Assembly (NCBI GenBank): GCA_964016885.1
Contig: OZ024742.1
Span: forward strand, 125,922,001 to 125,986,000
Length of the DNA: 64,000 nucleotides
Origin: Eledone cirrhosa
Lineage: Eukaryota
Direction of reading: 5' to 3'
Made by a program: the position numbers and the translations under genes. Shown piece after piece: positions 29,661 to 40,921 of the stretch (position 1 is the first letter of the stretch; every line of letters starts with the position of its first letter). The notes under the pieces are model-generated. The model worked only from the letters and a program-made list of their open reading frames with translations. It was not told the DNA's origin and did not search any database.

Positions 29661-29745
29661 CTCTATATATAATATATATATATATATATATATTATAATG
29701 AAATGACAGGAGGCTGGATTTGTGTAAATCCTTGAAAGGTTTATT

Positions 29746-29803
29746 ATACTATGATCATTTCAATGACCGGGTTGCGTATGAATCCGGTGATATCATCAGG
29801 TAT
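29746..29803 (-). ncRNA. Hammerhead ribozyme family I (left arm)
   Basis: Reverse complement of the 31474-31531 motif. Confidence 0.75.
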
Positions 29804-31473
29804 TCGAAATATAATACGTGAATGTAATAGATAAAATCCATGGGGCTGCAAATCAAGGACCCGAGGGCGACCGCCATCCAGCACCTTCTACCTTTGCCGG
29901 TCGCCCTCGAGTGACGTGGCCAAATCTTACCGGTCAGATAAAGGAAAACAGAAAGGGATGGGAACATAAGTTAGCGTTAATATCATGCCACACGAAAAAT
30001 GAAAGAAAGAAAGAAAGAAGAGAGAAGAAGGGGGGAGAAAGAAGAAGAGAAGCCAGGGTTAATGTCAGCTATAAGAAGAAAGACAGAAAGAAAGAGGAGG
30101 AAAGGTCGGTATTACAGTCAGGCCAGAATTGTCGCGAAGAAATTTTTTTATTCTAAGGGACCCGTATCTTAACAACTACTACCGGTCAAATATAGGCAAA
30201 CAAAAAGGGGAAGGAAGATAAGTCTGCGGGAGGAAGACAGAAAGAAGGGAGAAGAGAAGGAAGAAAAGGAAGAAGTACAAAAGTCAGGGTTGATGGCTAC
30301 AAGAAGAAAGATAGAAAGAAAGAGGGAGAAAGGTCGATATTAATGTCAGAAAAGTCAGGGTTGATGGCTACAAGAAGAAAGATAGAAAGAAAGGTCAGAC
30401 TACAGTCAGGCCAGGAGTGGCGCGAAAACATTTTCACAGGGACCCGTATCTTAGCAGAGGTAAATATAGTGGGGGTCAGTGTGTTATAATGTGTGAGCAG
30501 AAGATTGGAACATTACGTTTTTGTTTTGACTTATAGGATGAAGTTAAAAATTAATAATTAATATTTAATATTAAAGAAGTTAGAAAATTTAAAGTTAAAC
30601 AGTTTAACATTTTAAGGTTGATATATCTAATAGTTCTGATTTGATCTGTAATTTAAAGGTACTATGTGGCGGTTAAAAATCCGGCCGCGCGCCGGGCCCC
30701 TGGGGCGAATCAAGCCACTCCGAGTAGTTTCATTTACCGAAAGAAGGGGAAATTTATTTTTCCAAGCACTCAAGGTAGGCCTATGCGCCAGGGGGCCGGT
30801 CCCGCCGCCAGGAAAACCAACCTAACAGTCCGACAGAAAGTTGGAACGTTAAAATATTGTTTAAATTTATAGGATGAAGTTGAAAGAATTCAGAATAACA
30901 TTATAAAATTAAAGAGTAAGAAGATTGAGAATTGAACAAACAGAAAATTGAAAATTAAACATTTAAAAAAACTTTTTTAAGGTTTTGGGTTGCGGGGTAT
31001 GAAACTACTCGGAGTGGCTTGATTCGCCCCAGGGGCCCGATTCGCTGCAGACTTATCTTCCTTCCCCTTTTTGTTTGCCTATATTTGACCGGTAGTAGTT
31101 GTTAAGATACGGGTCCCTTAGAATAAAAAAATTTCTTCGCGACAATCCTGGCCTGACTGTAATACCGACCTTTCCGCCTCTTTCTTTCTGTCTTTCTTCT
31201 TATAGCTGACATTAACCCTGGCTTCTCTCTTCTTCCTTCCCCCTTCTTCTCTCTTCTTTCTTTCTTTCTTTCTTTCTTTTTTCTTGTGGCTAACTTATGT
31301 TCCCATCCCTTTCTGTTTTCCTTTATCTGACCGGTAGTAGCACACTGTAAGCTTTGGCCACGTCACTCGAGGGCGACCGGCAAAGGTAGAAGGTGCTGGA
31401 TGGCGGTCGCCCTCGGGTCCTTGATTTTCAGCCCCATGGATTTTATCTATTACATTCACGTATTATATTTCGA

Positions 31474-31531
31474 ATACCTGATGATATCACCGGATTCATA
31501 CGGAACCCGGTCATTGAAATGATCATAGTAT
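31474..31531 (+). ncRNA. Hammerhead ribozyme family I (right arm)
   Basis: ATAC-CTGATGA-TATCACCGG...CCGGTCATT-GAAA-TGATCA-TA/GTAT followed by AATAAA; palindromic ATGATCAT stem III, AUA site. Confidence 0.78.
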
Positions 31532-31722
31532 AATAAACCTTTCAAGGATTTACACAAATCCAGCCTCCTGTCATTTCATTATAATATTTAACTCCGTAAT
31601 AGCACCACCAACTACAAAAACAAAGACGGTTGAACTGCTTTACGTTGAGTACTCTCTATATTATTACATTGCGATTGACCATACGGAATTGACCAGCTCT
31701 ATCCAGTGGTGAACCTCAAACC

Positions 31723-31795
<73 letters not shown>

Positions 31796-31835
31796 GTTTT
31801 TCGTTAATTCCTGAGCTGAAATACGATTCTCGCTA

Positions 31836-31866
<31 letters not shown>

Positions 31867-32009
31867 TCGTTTCTGAATTTGTTTAGCAAGATTCTTTATC
31901 TGAAATCGTGTGTTGAAACCGATATTGTTATACTTTGGGAGGGTCATGCGTGTGTTTCTTATTGGCAACATGACCCTCCCAAAGTATAACAATATATATA
32001 TATATATAT

Positions 32010-32829
32010 AAATTACCGAGAATCGTATTTCAGCTCAGGAATTAACGAAAAACAACTTCCGAGGTGTGTAGCAAGCGCTCGATGATTCATATGAATCAGA
32101 GCTACAACATACGTTAAGGGCCAAACACTCTGAGATGGTGGTTAAACAAATCATTTGCACAGCCAAAAAAAAAACGACTAAGTAATTCGGGTCAAACAAT
32201 AAAAATATATGTGATTGAAAATTTACCCGGACCCCTGGACGGTTGGTAAAATCCAGTATTTGGGTTTCTGCGACTCCATAAATCAGGTACTGTCCGCTGC
32301 TTACATAAAGAATGTTAGGCTTCTGGTAAGATGATTGAACAAGGAAGCCGTGTTATCAACGCGTTTTTGCTCCAAATGCTATACATAAGTGTGACTGTTA
32401 CTGACCTCACGTGGAGTTCAACAAGGGAGGCAACAATTATATTAGGCGAATGAATTCAGTTGTGTATAATATTGCGAGAATGCAAAATATCACAAATCGA
32501 ATAAAGCTCTCGACAGAATGGTTAAATATAACAAAGCTATTCATCAGTCAATAGAATCAACTAAAAAAATCAATAAAATTAACTGGTCAATAGCTAGACT
32601 CTGGAGATTAATACAAATATAAATTACCGAGAATCGTATTTCAGCTCAGGAATTTACGAAAAACAACTTCCGAGATGTGTGGCAAGCGCTCGATGATTCA
32701 TATGAATCAGAGCTACAACATACGTTAAGGGCCAAACACACTGAGATGCTGGTTAAACAAATCATCCGCACAGCCAAAAAAAAAAACGACCAAGTAATTC
32801 GGGTCAAACAGTAAAAATATATGTGATTG

Positions 32830-32833
<4 letters not shown>
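32010..32833. repeat. Partial tandem repeat, ~611-bp period, non-coding, within (TA)n
   Basis: 32010-32221 recurs at ~32622-32833; diverged copy at ~58116-58395; small inverted piece at 31793-31838. Confidence 0.85.
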
Positions 32834-32874
<41 letters not shown>

Positions 32875-33001
32875 CTGTACAAAGGTAACTGTCTCTAATA
32901 GAGTGTGTTTTATATAAATAAATAAATATATATATATATATATTGTTATACTTTTGGAGGGTCATGTTGCCAATAAGAAACATGTTGCAAATTCAGAAAC
33001 G

Positions 33002-33141
<140 letters not shown>

Positions 33142-33925
33142 CGACGCTTGTTGTTTCTCATTAAAATTGCAACTCTATTTAGAGTTACGATGTGTACTTC
33201 AATTTTCTCGTTCTACGTGTATGTTAAAGCTTTATAATACTTGAAAGTTTCAAGGAGAATTTTCAACGGAGACTTGAATTTAGCTAGGCTGGTATCATTC
33301 AGTCATTCAGTTTCAAAATAATGTATTGACAGAGATTTGCATTTCAAAAAGCCTCCCTGAAGTACCTTCAATTCCCTCATCTGTAAAATAAGACTCATAC
33401 TTTGTTTGTTTGTCTGCATGTCTGTTTGTATGTTCATCAGGCGACAGAGCCACCATTTCTCAACAAATTGCCATATTAGCCAAAGATTGAGATTTATCCC
33501 TGAATATTCCAGTTGTTTTGAATCTTTTTTATCTCTTTTATCTCAAACTCGGGTGTTTTACAAAACGTGATGTGGGTGGAATGACGATTTTGTTGGAGGG
33601 AGAGTGGTATGGGGTAGAAGAAAGACGGGTATAACAAACGACATTTCTGACTTTCTGTATGCTAAGTGCCCTTCCCTCTCTTCAACCCATCCTTTCTCTT
33701 TATATTTGGATCTATTTCTCCGATGCCATCATTTTTCTCTTTCGCGCTTACACATAATTTTCCCACACAAATGATAATATCGATATACAGATAGATAGAT
33801 TAGGAATTACCAGTTTAGACTAGTAAGACCATTGTTCAGTTAAGTAATAGATACTTACGAAAGTGGAGTGTAGGCTTTGTAAAGAGCTCAACCTTCGGGC
33901 AGTAACTTTTGCAATATATATATAT

Positions 33926-36343
33926 AGCAGGCTTGGAAAGTATGGCGGGATGGGGGAAGTAGAGAAGACTATCAAGTGGCCAGGAGGGAAGCTAGGAGAC
34001 AAGTGTACTTCGCAAGAAGGGAAGCAGAGGAAAGAAAGTTCAAGCATGTTCAACAACGCGAGGACCAAAAACGTGAGGTGTTCAGGATTGCTAGGCAATG
34101 TGTCAAGGAAAACAGTGATATTGTCGGGGAGAAGTGTGTCCTTAATGATGATGGTGTACTTGCCATCACTGACGCTGATAAGAAGGTAGCTTGGAAGTGT
34201 CACTACGAAAGCTACTAAATGAGAAGAATAAATGGGAGAAAGACAGTCTCCCCCACATCGATCCAATAGAGGGACCAGCAGTGTTAGTCGATTGTAGTAT
34301 AATAAGTAAGGCAATCAAATATATGAAGACGGGTAAGGCGGCTGGGCCTTCGGAAATAGTTTCTGAAATGCTGAAAGCTTCTGGAACGGTGGGACACACT
34401 ATGGTCACCCGGATAGTCAACCAAGTCATACAGAATGAGGTTGTTCCGAAGGACTGGCGTAGCAGCATCATCATTAACTGCTACAAGGGTAAAGGAGATG
34501 CCCTTGATAGGAGTAACTATAGAGGCATTAAATTAATCGACCAGGTCATGAAGGTCACAGAAAAAGTAATAGCGCAACTAATCAGAGAGCGAATTGATCT
34601 AGATGAAATGCAGTTCGGGTTTGTGTCAGGTAAAAGTACCACAGACGCTCTTTTCATAGTACGACAACTACAGGAGAGGTACCTAGCTAAAAGTAAACCC
34701 CTATACTTAGCTTTTGTCGACTTGGAGAAAGCCTTTGACAGAGTCCCCCGTTCCATTATCTGGTGGGCTCTTAGAAAACTAGGTGTTGATGAATGGCTTG
34801 TGAGAGCTATACAAGCCATGTACAAAGAAACAGTCAGCAAGGTTAGAATTAACAACGAATATAGTGAAGAGTTTAGCGTAAAAGTTGGTGTTCATCAGGG
34901 CTCCGTTCTTAACCCCCTACTATTTATTATTGCCCTTCAGGCTATAACAGAGGAGTTCAAGACCGGCTGCCCATAGGAACTCCTATACACAGATGATCTA
35001 ACGCTCATAACTGAATCAATGGCAGAACTAGAGAAGAAATTCCAAACATGGAAGCATGGCCTAGAATCAAAAGGCCTTAAAATTAATCTGTCTAAGACTA
35101 AAGTTCTAGTTTGTAGGAAGAAAAATAGGGCACCGGTCCCATCCGAGAAATGGCCATGCTCAGTGTGTAGGAAAGGAGTAGGCAGAAACTCCATTTTATG
35201 TCCTAAATGCAAAGTATGGGTGCATAAAAGATGTAGTGGGATCACAGATAAGGTAACTAAGAATATAGATTTTATATGTGGCCGGTGCTCTGGTGCAATA
35301 AGTAGCAGCAAATTCCCACAGAATACTAGCTCATTCCATTGCACAGATGATTCTATAGAAATAGTGGACATCTTCCGTTACTTGGGTGACAAAATCAGCA
35401 GTGGTGGAGGGTGCTCTGACTGAAAGTACAGTAGCTAGAGTCAGAACTGGATGGAAAAGGTTCAGAGAGCTTATACCACTATTAGCCGCTAAAGGGTTCT
35501 CTCTAAAAATGAAAGGCAGGCTGTATGATGCCTGCATACGAACAGCAATGTTACATGGCAGTGAGACCTGGGCATTGTGTGCAGAGGATATACGCAGACT
35601 GGAGAGAAACGAAGCTTGCATGCTCCGCTGGATGTGTAATAGTAATATACGTGAACGGCAAAGCATAAACGAACTAAGGGAAAAATTAGAAATAAGAGGG
35701 ATCAGATGTTGTTTACTCGAGAGAAGACTACGTTGGTACGGTCACGTGATGCGCATGAAAGACAACAGCTGTATAAAAAAGTGCAGGGGCAATAAAAATA
35801 GACGATAGCCACGGAGTAGGCAGACCCAGAAAACCTGGGACGACTTGATAAATTCCGACCTCACACACTTACACTTCTCCAAGACAATGTCACTGGACCG
35901 AGATCTTTGGCGCTACACAGTAATACAGAAGACCCGCCTTACCTAAGTACAAAGTGAAACCTACTACAGTCAGTAGGCACTTCTAACAAAAATACACCCC
36001 CGTCCCACTACTCCCACCCCATCTACACCACCCCTTTTAATGTAAAGTTATGTTGGTACCACAACATCCAGTCCGAAACAAATGAGGCCGTGTAGGTGTC
36101 ACGACAAAAAAACACACAGTCCACGCTGTAATGTGGCCGTGTAGGTAACACGGTAAAAACCTCCCAGTCCACACTGTAAACGTGGTTGGTGTTAGGAAGG
36201 GCATCCAACCGTAGAAAACACGCCAGACAGTCCTATGCAAGCAAGACAACCACTCTTGCCTCAAGTGGGAAAACTCCCGTCCAAACCCATGCAAGCGTGG
36301 AAGATGGACGTTAAACGATGATGATGATGATGATGATGATGAT
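33926..36343 (+). mobile_element. 5'-truncated RTE-clade LINE with (GAT)n tail
   Basis: RT motifs KAAGPS, YKGKGD..NYRGIKL, QFGF..STTDA, AFVDLEKAFDRVP, GVHQGSVLNPLLF, ELLYTDDL, FRYLG, LHGSETW, RRLRWYGHVMR; 3' UTR and (GAT)n at 36317-36343. Confidence 0.93.
33976..35808 (+). pseudogene. RTE reverse transcriptase with internal PHD-like Cys cluster (disrupted)
   Basis: ORF pieces 33976-34218, 34191-34976, 35019-35423 and 35386-35808; frameshifts plus a TAG at 34974 where GCPW is expected. Confidence 0.88.
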
Positions 36344-36526
36344 ATATTTTTCTTGGCCACAGCCAAAGCTTCGATTTTACTAAGCTTCCACTTGTATATA
36401 TATATATATATATATTCATTAAAATATTTAATAAATATTTGCTCTACGGTTCTTATATATTTGATATATATTTATCCTTATCGAACCCTATTTGGTTTTT
36501 ATTCATCAAATTTATTATTATTACTA

Positions 36527-36862
36527 TATGATGGGGTCAACTTGTATTTTAAATTGAGTGTCACTACTTTCAGTGTTTAGCAATTTTTAGACAACTATAT
36601 TAGTGAAATAATTGTTAGACTGTAAATAAACCTCCTTGTTTGTACTGTTGACCATGTTATTCTCCATTTTTTTTTCATTTATACGCACACACACACACAC
36701 ACACACACACATTTTGAAAGGGTACGTCAATATCTATTTATAAAACTGATATATATTGTATTTTGTCTGATGAAGGCATACCATAATTTAACTTGGTATC
36801 CTTGAAATATGTATAATGAAATAAATATGGTTTTATAAATATAGTTTCCATTTGTTAATATC

Positions 36863-36906
<44 letters not shown>

Positions 36907-37246
36907 GATATTAACAAATGGAAACTATATTTATAAAACCATATTTATTTCATTATACATATTTCAAGGATACCAAGTTAAATTATGGTATGCCTTCATC
37001 AGACAAAATACAATATATATCAGTTTTATAAATAAGCATTGACGTACCCTTTCAAAATGTGTGTGTGTGAGTGTGTGTGTGTGCGCGTATAAATGAAAAA
37101 AAAAATGGAGAATAACATGGTCAACAGTACAAACAAGGAGGTTTATTTACAGTCTAACAATTATTTCACTAATATAGTTGTCTAAAAATTGCTAAACACT
37201 GAAAGTAGTGACACTCAATTTAAAATACAAGTTGACCCCATCATAT
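36527..37246. repeat. 720-bp fold-back of family J pLTR centred on (TA)n
   Basis: 36527-36864 is the reverse complement of 36905-37246; the sequence matches the Naiad pLTR at 49905-50060. Confidence 0.92.
36759..36823 (+). ncRNA. Hammerhead ribozyme family J
   Basis: TATTTTGT-CTGATGA-AGGCATACCA...TGGTATCCTT-GAAA-TATGTA-TA/ATGAAATA; mirror copy at 36946-37010 (-). Confidence 0.72.
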
Positions 37247-37560
37247 CTTCAGAAACTGTGAAAAAATAAAAAATATATGCGTAACCGGCAAATTTACAAA
37301 TTCAAATTACAATATCAATAATAATAATATTAATAATAAAGATATAGAGAGAGAGAAAAGGAAGGGGAGATATACATAGTAAAGAGAGAAAGGAGGGGAA
37401 GAAGAAAGACGAAGAAGGAAAAAGATACAGAGAAAGAAAAGGAAAGGAAGAAGAAGGAATTATTACAGCTAAAAATAAGATGTATAGAAAAGCACAAGTA
37501 AAGATAGCGTAGGAAAGAGAGAAAAAAGTAGGGTGTAAACGGATGAATATGATAGAAAAC

Positions 37561-37600
<40 letters not shown>

Positions 37601-37607
<7 letters not shown>

Positions 37608-38376
37608 TAAACGGAATAGAAAATGCTGACAAATTGTTGACAGTTGAAAAATGGTTTAATTAGGAATAAAAGAGTATTAGTGATTGTATGGGTTAGTATT
37701 CAGTTGTGGTTTTAAGTTTTTAAGTTTTTACCGGTTGCGCATTTCTAGATGCTTTTCAAAAATAATTTTGAGATAGAGTGTCCGTGTTGTTTGCTCTGAT
37801 CTGATTAGTTTTGGGAATTCTACCTGTTTTTATGTTTAAAAAGTGGCTCCAGCGTTACTTTGGTGTTGCAAAAATTCTTGTGGTCAAAACAATTTTGATT
37901 GGTCGGTAGAGGTCATGTGAATGTAAAAAATTGATTTTGCGCCAAGACTGTTTTTATGTGCATCGGAAAATCTAATATATGTATTAACTTGCTCAGGTTG
38001 TCGAGAACAATACATAGGCCAGACGAAAAACAGCCTCCGCCAACGCATGACTGTCCATAGATCCCAAATTAAAATACGGGAATACAAGAAAATACCACTG
38101 AGTGAACACATTGATACCTGTGCCGCCCAAAATCATCCCAACTTCAGAATCTTTTTCCCCTCTACAAATTTAAAGATAATGCCACCCACACCCAGCGCAT
38201 CAGCAAGGAATCTTACTTCATTAACAAATATGGACCCCGTCTAAACACTTCTCCCTAAGACGAACCCACAACATACACACGTCAACATACATACCTACAT
38301 CAGCACACATCTCTACCCACATATAAACACAATGACATACGTAAACACACATGCTCTATGGTGCAACACAAAAAAA

Positions 38377-38422
<46 letters not shown>

Positions 38423-38799
38423 ATATATGTATGTGTGTATATATATATAGTGAATATCATTTCACACCTTTTATTGTTAAGATTTTTGATGTTCTATTAA
38501 GAGAACCGATTTTACTGAAAAAATCGAATAATGTACACCATTTTACCAGGGGGAAAAAAATACTGGTCCACCCACACACACACATATATATATACACACA
38601 CACACACACACATATATATACACACACACATACACACGCGTACATTAACATACAAAGAGACTTATATACACACACACACACACACGCACTTCTCCGTATA
38701 AGACAAAAGCTGAAAAATATCTTTTGACATGCTAAAATACCCCCCATTGCTTTCAGACACATTCTTACTGACCATCCCTGCTACCACGAATTACTCTGC

Positions 38800-38872
<73 letters not shown>

Positions 38873-38939
38873 ATCTTAATAGCCATTTGACACACATCCC
38901 TGCTAACCATTACCACAACATCGAACACCCTACTACTTA

Positions 38940-38979
<40 letters not shown>

Positions 38980-39350
38980 TTGTTGTGAAAGAGTCATTTC
39001 TCAATCTTGGCGCAAAACCAATTTTTTATTCACATGACCTCTACCGACCAATCAAAATTGTTTTGACCACAAGAATTTTTGCAAACACCAAGTAGCGCTG
39101 GAGCCACTTTTTTAACATAAAAACAGGTAGAATTCCCAAAACTAATCAGATCAGAGCAAACAACACGGACACTCTATCTCAAAATTATTTTTGAAAAGCA
39201 TTTAGAAATGCGCAACCGGTAAAAACTTAAAAACTTAAAACCACAACTGAATACTAACCCATACAATCACTAATACTCTTTTATTCCTAATTAAACCATT
39301 TTTCAACTGTGAACAATTTGTCAGCATTTTCTATTCCGTTTACCAATATA
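37601..39350 (+). mobile_element. 5'-truncated PLE with inverted terminal segment
   Basis: 37601-37947 is the reverse complement of 39005-39350; a GIY-YIG fragment follows the left arm directly; (TA)n flanks. Confidence 0.85.
37951..38244 (+). pseudogene. PLE GIY-YIG endonuclease fragment
   Basis: FLCASENLIYVLTCSGCREQYIGQTKNSLRQRMTVHRSQIKIREYKKIPLSEHIDTC. Confidence 0.88.
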
Positions 39351-39407
39351 TAATAACTTGTGTGTTACACCTCTATTCTTTTAACTATATATATATATAT
39401 ATATACG

Positions 39408-39480
<73 letters not shown>

Positions 39481-40232
39481 GTTTTTCTTTGATTTTGTTC
39501 CATGTGATGGAAATTATGACTGTACCAGATTGACCAATGCCTTGAACCCTGTAGTTTGCCCTCCGTTATAATGTACGGCACTGTCGTTCAATATGTGGAT
39601 AGAGTAACTGTGACACTAAAACCCCTCTCAGAACTTATTACTTAAACATCTCTCTCCATATTATTTACTCACTTCAATCTATATTTTTACTCAATCCGAA
39701 TTATCACTTGAAAAATTTTTGAATTTAGAATTTTTTAATTTTTTAATTGTTTAATTTATAATCTCTGATATTTGATTTAGGATTTTAATTTTTAATTTTT
39801 ATTTCCAACTCTCACTCTTAACTTCCAATGTAAAAACATGGTACCTAGAATTAAGTTTATTTTCCCTTATGAGTTGATGGTCAGTCTTGCTGTCAACGCT
39901 TAGTGAAGGGTAGTATTATGACCTATAAAAACTAACACCCCCCATCCCCTCTGGCTTTCGGCTGACTGCCACAGTCGTGGTGGGTAGCAGTAAACTTTGG
40001 TAGGACATAGGTGGGCCATTGTTTTGGCTGAGAGGGTGAACTGACAGCGAATTTCGTTGAAATCTGCGGTGGCTAATGGTCAACTTCCTTCGGACATGCG
40101 CTTGCGCAGACCGGTGGGGGTGAATTGGTACTCACAAGGGAACGGATGAAAAACCCAAAAGCACGAACTTCATCCGTTCCCTTGTCGATCCAATTTGGAT
40201 TGCCTCGGAAACATAACCTTATTATGTAACAA

Positions 40233-40306
40233 GCTGTCTGATGATGACACGACACTCGCACACAGAACAGTGTGGCCAGTGTCGTCATTGAAATATATAT
40301 CACAGC
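40233..40306 (+). ncRNA. Hammerhead ribozyme family K with extended stem II
   Basis: GCTGT-CTGATGA-TGAC.ACGACACT..CACAC(agaaca)GTGTG..AGTGTCGT.CATT-GAAA-TATATA-TC/ACAGC; AUC site. Confidence 0.78.
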
Positions 40307-40557
40307 ATTATTATTAAAGGACTTATTATTACCAGTACCAGTACCACTACCAGTACCACTACTGGCCTTGTGCCTAAAGTAGAAACAATTATTATTAAAG
40401 GACTTGAACATCTGAAACTACTTCGCTTTTCCTTATTCGATATTTACTCCGTCACTCCTATGTGGAAAAAGTACGTTGAGTGCTTGAATTGAATTGCATC
40501 AATATTTACCCTAATATATATATGTGTGTGTGTAGTTTGTTGCTAGGTATACATATA

Positions 40558-40593
<36 letters not shown>

Positions 40594-40613
40594 TGTATGT
40601 ATGTATATATATT

Positions 40614-40701
<88 letters not shown>

Positions 40702-40755
40702 CATACATACATACATACATACATACATACATACATACATACATACATACATACA

Positions 40756-40788
<33 letters not shown>

Positions 40789-40921
40789 GTATACCTAGCA
40801 ACAAATTACATATATATATATATACACATATATATAAATACATACATACATACATACATACATACATACATACATACATACATACATACATACATACATA
40901 CATACATACATACATACATAC

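Larger units (their letters stand above)
29692..31726. mobile_element. PLE pLTR family I with large inverted arms
   Basis: ~29692-30226 is the reverse complement of ~31046-31585, and 30694-30729 is inverted at 31004-31039. Flanked by (TA)n; homologous to 48517-49000. Confidence 0.88.
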
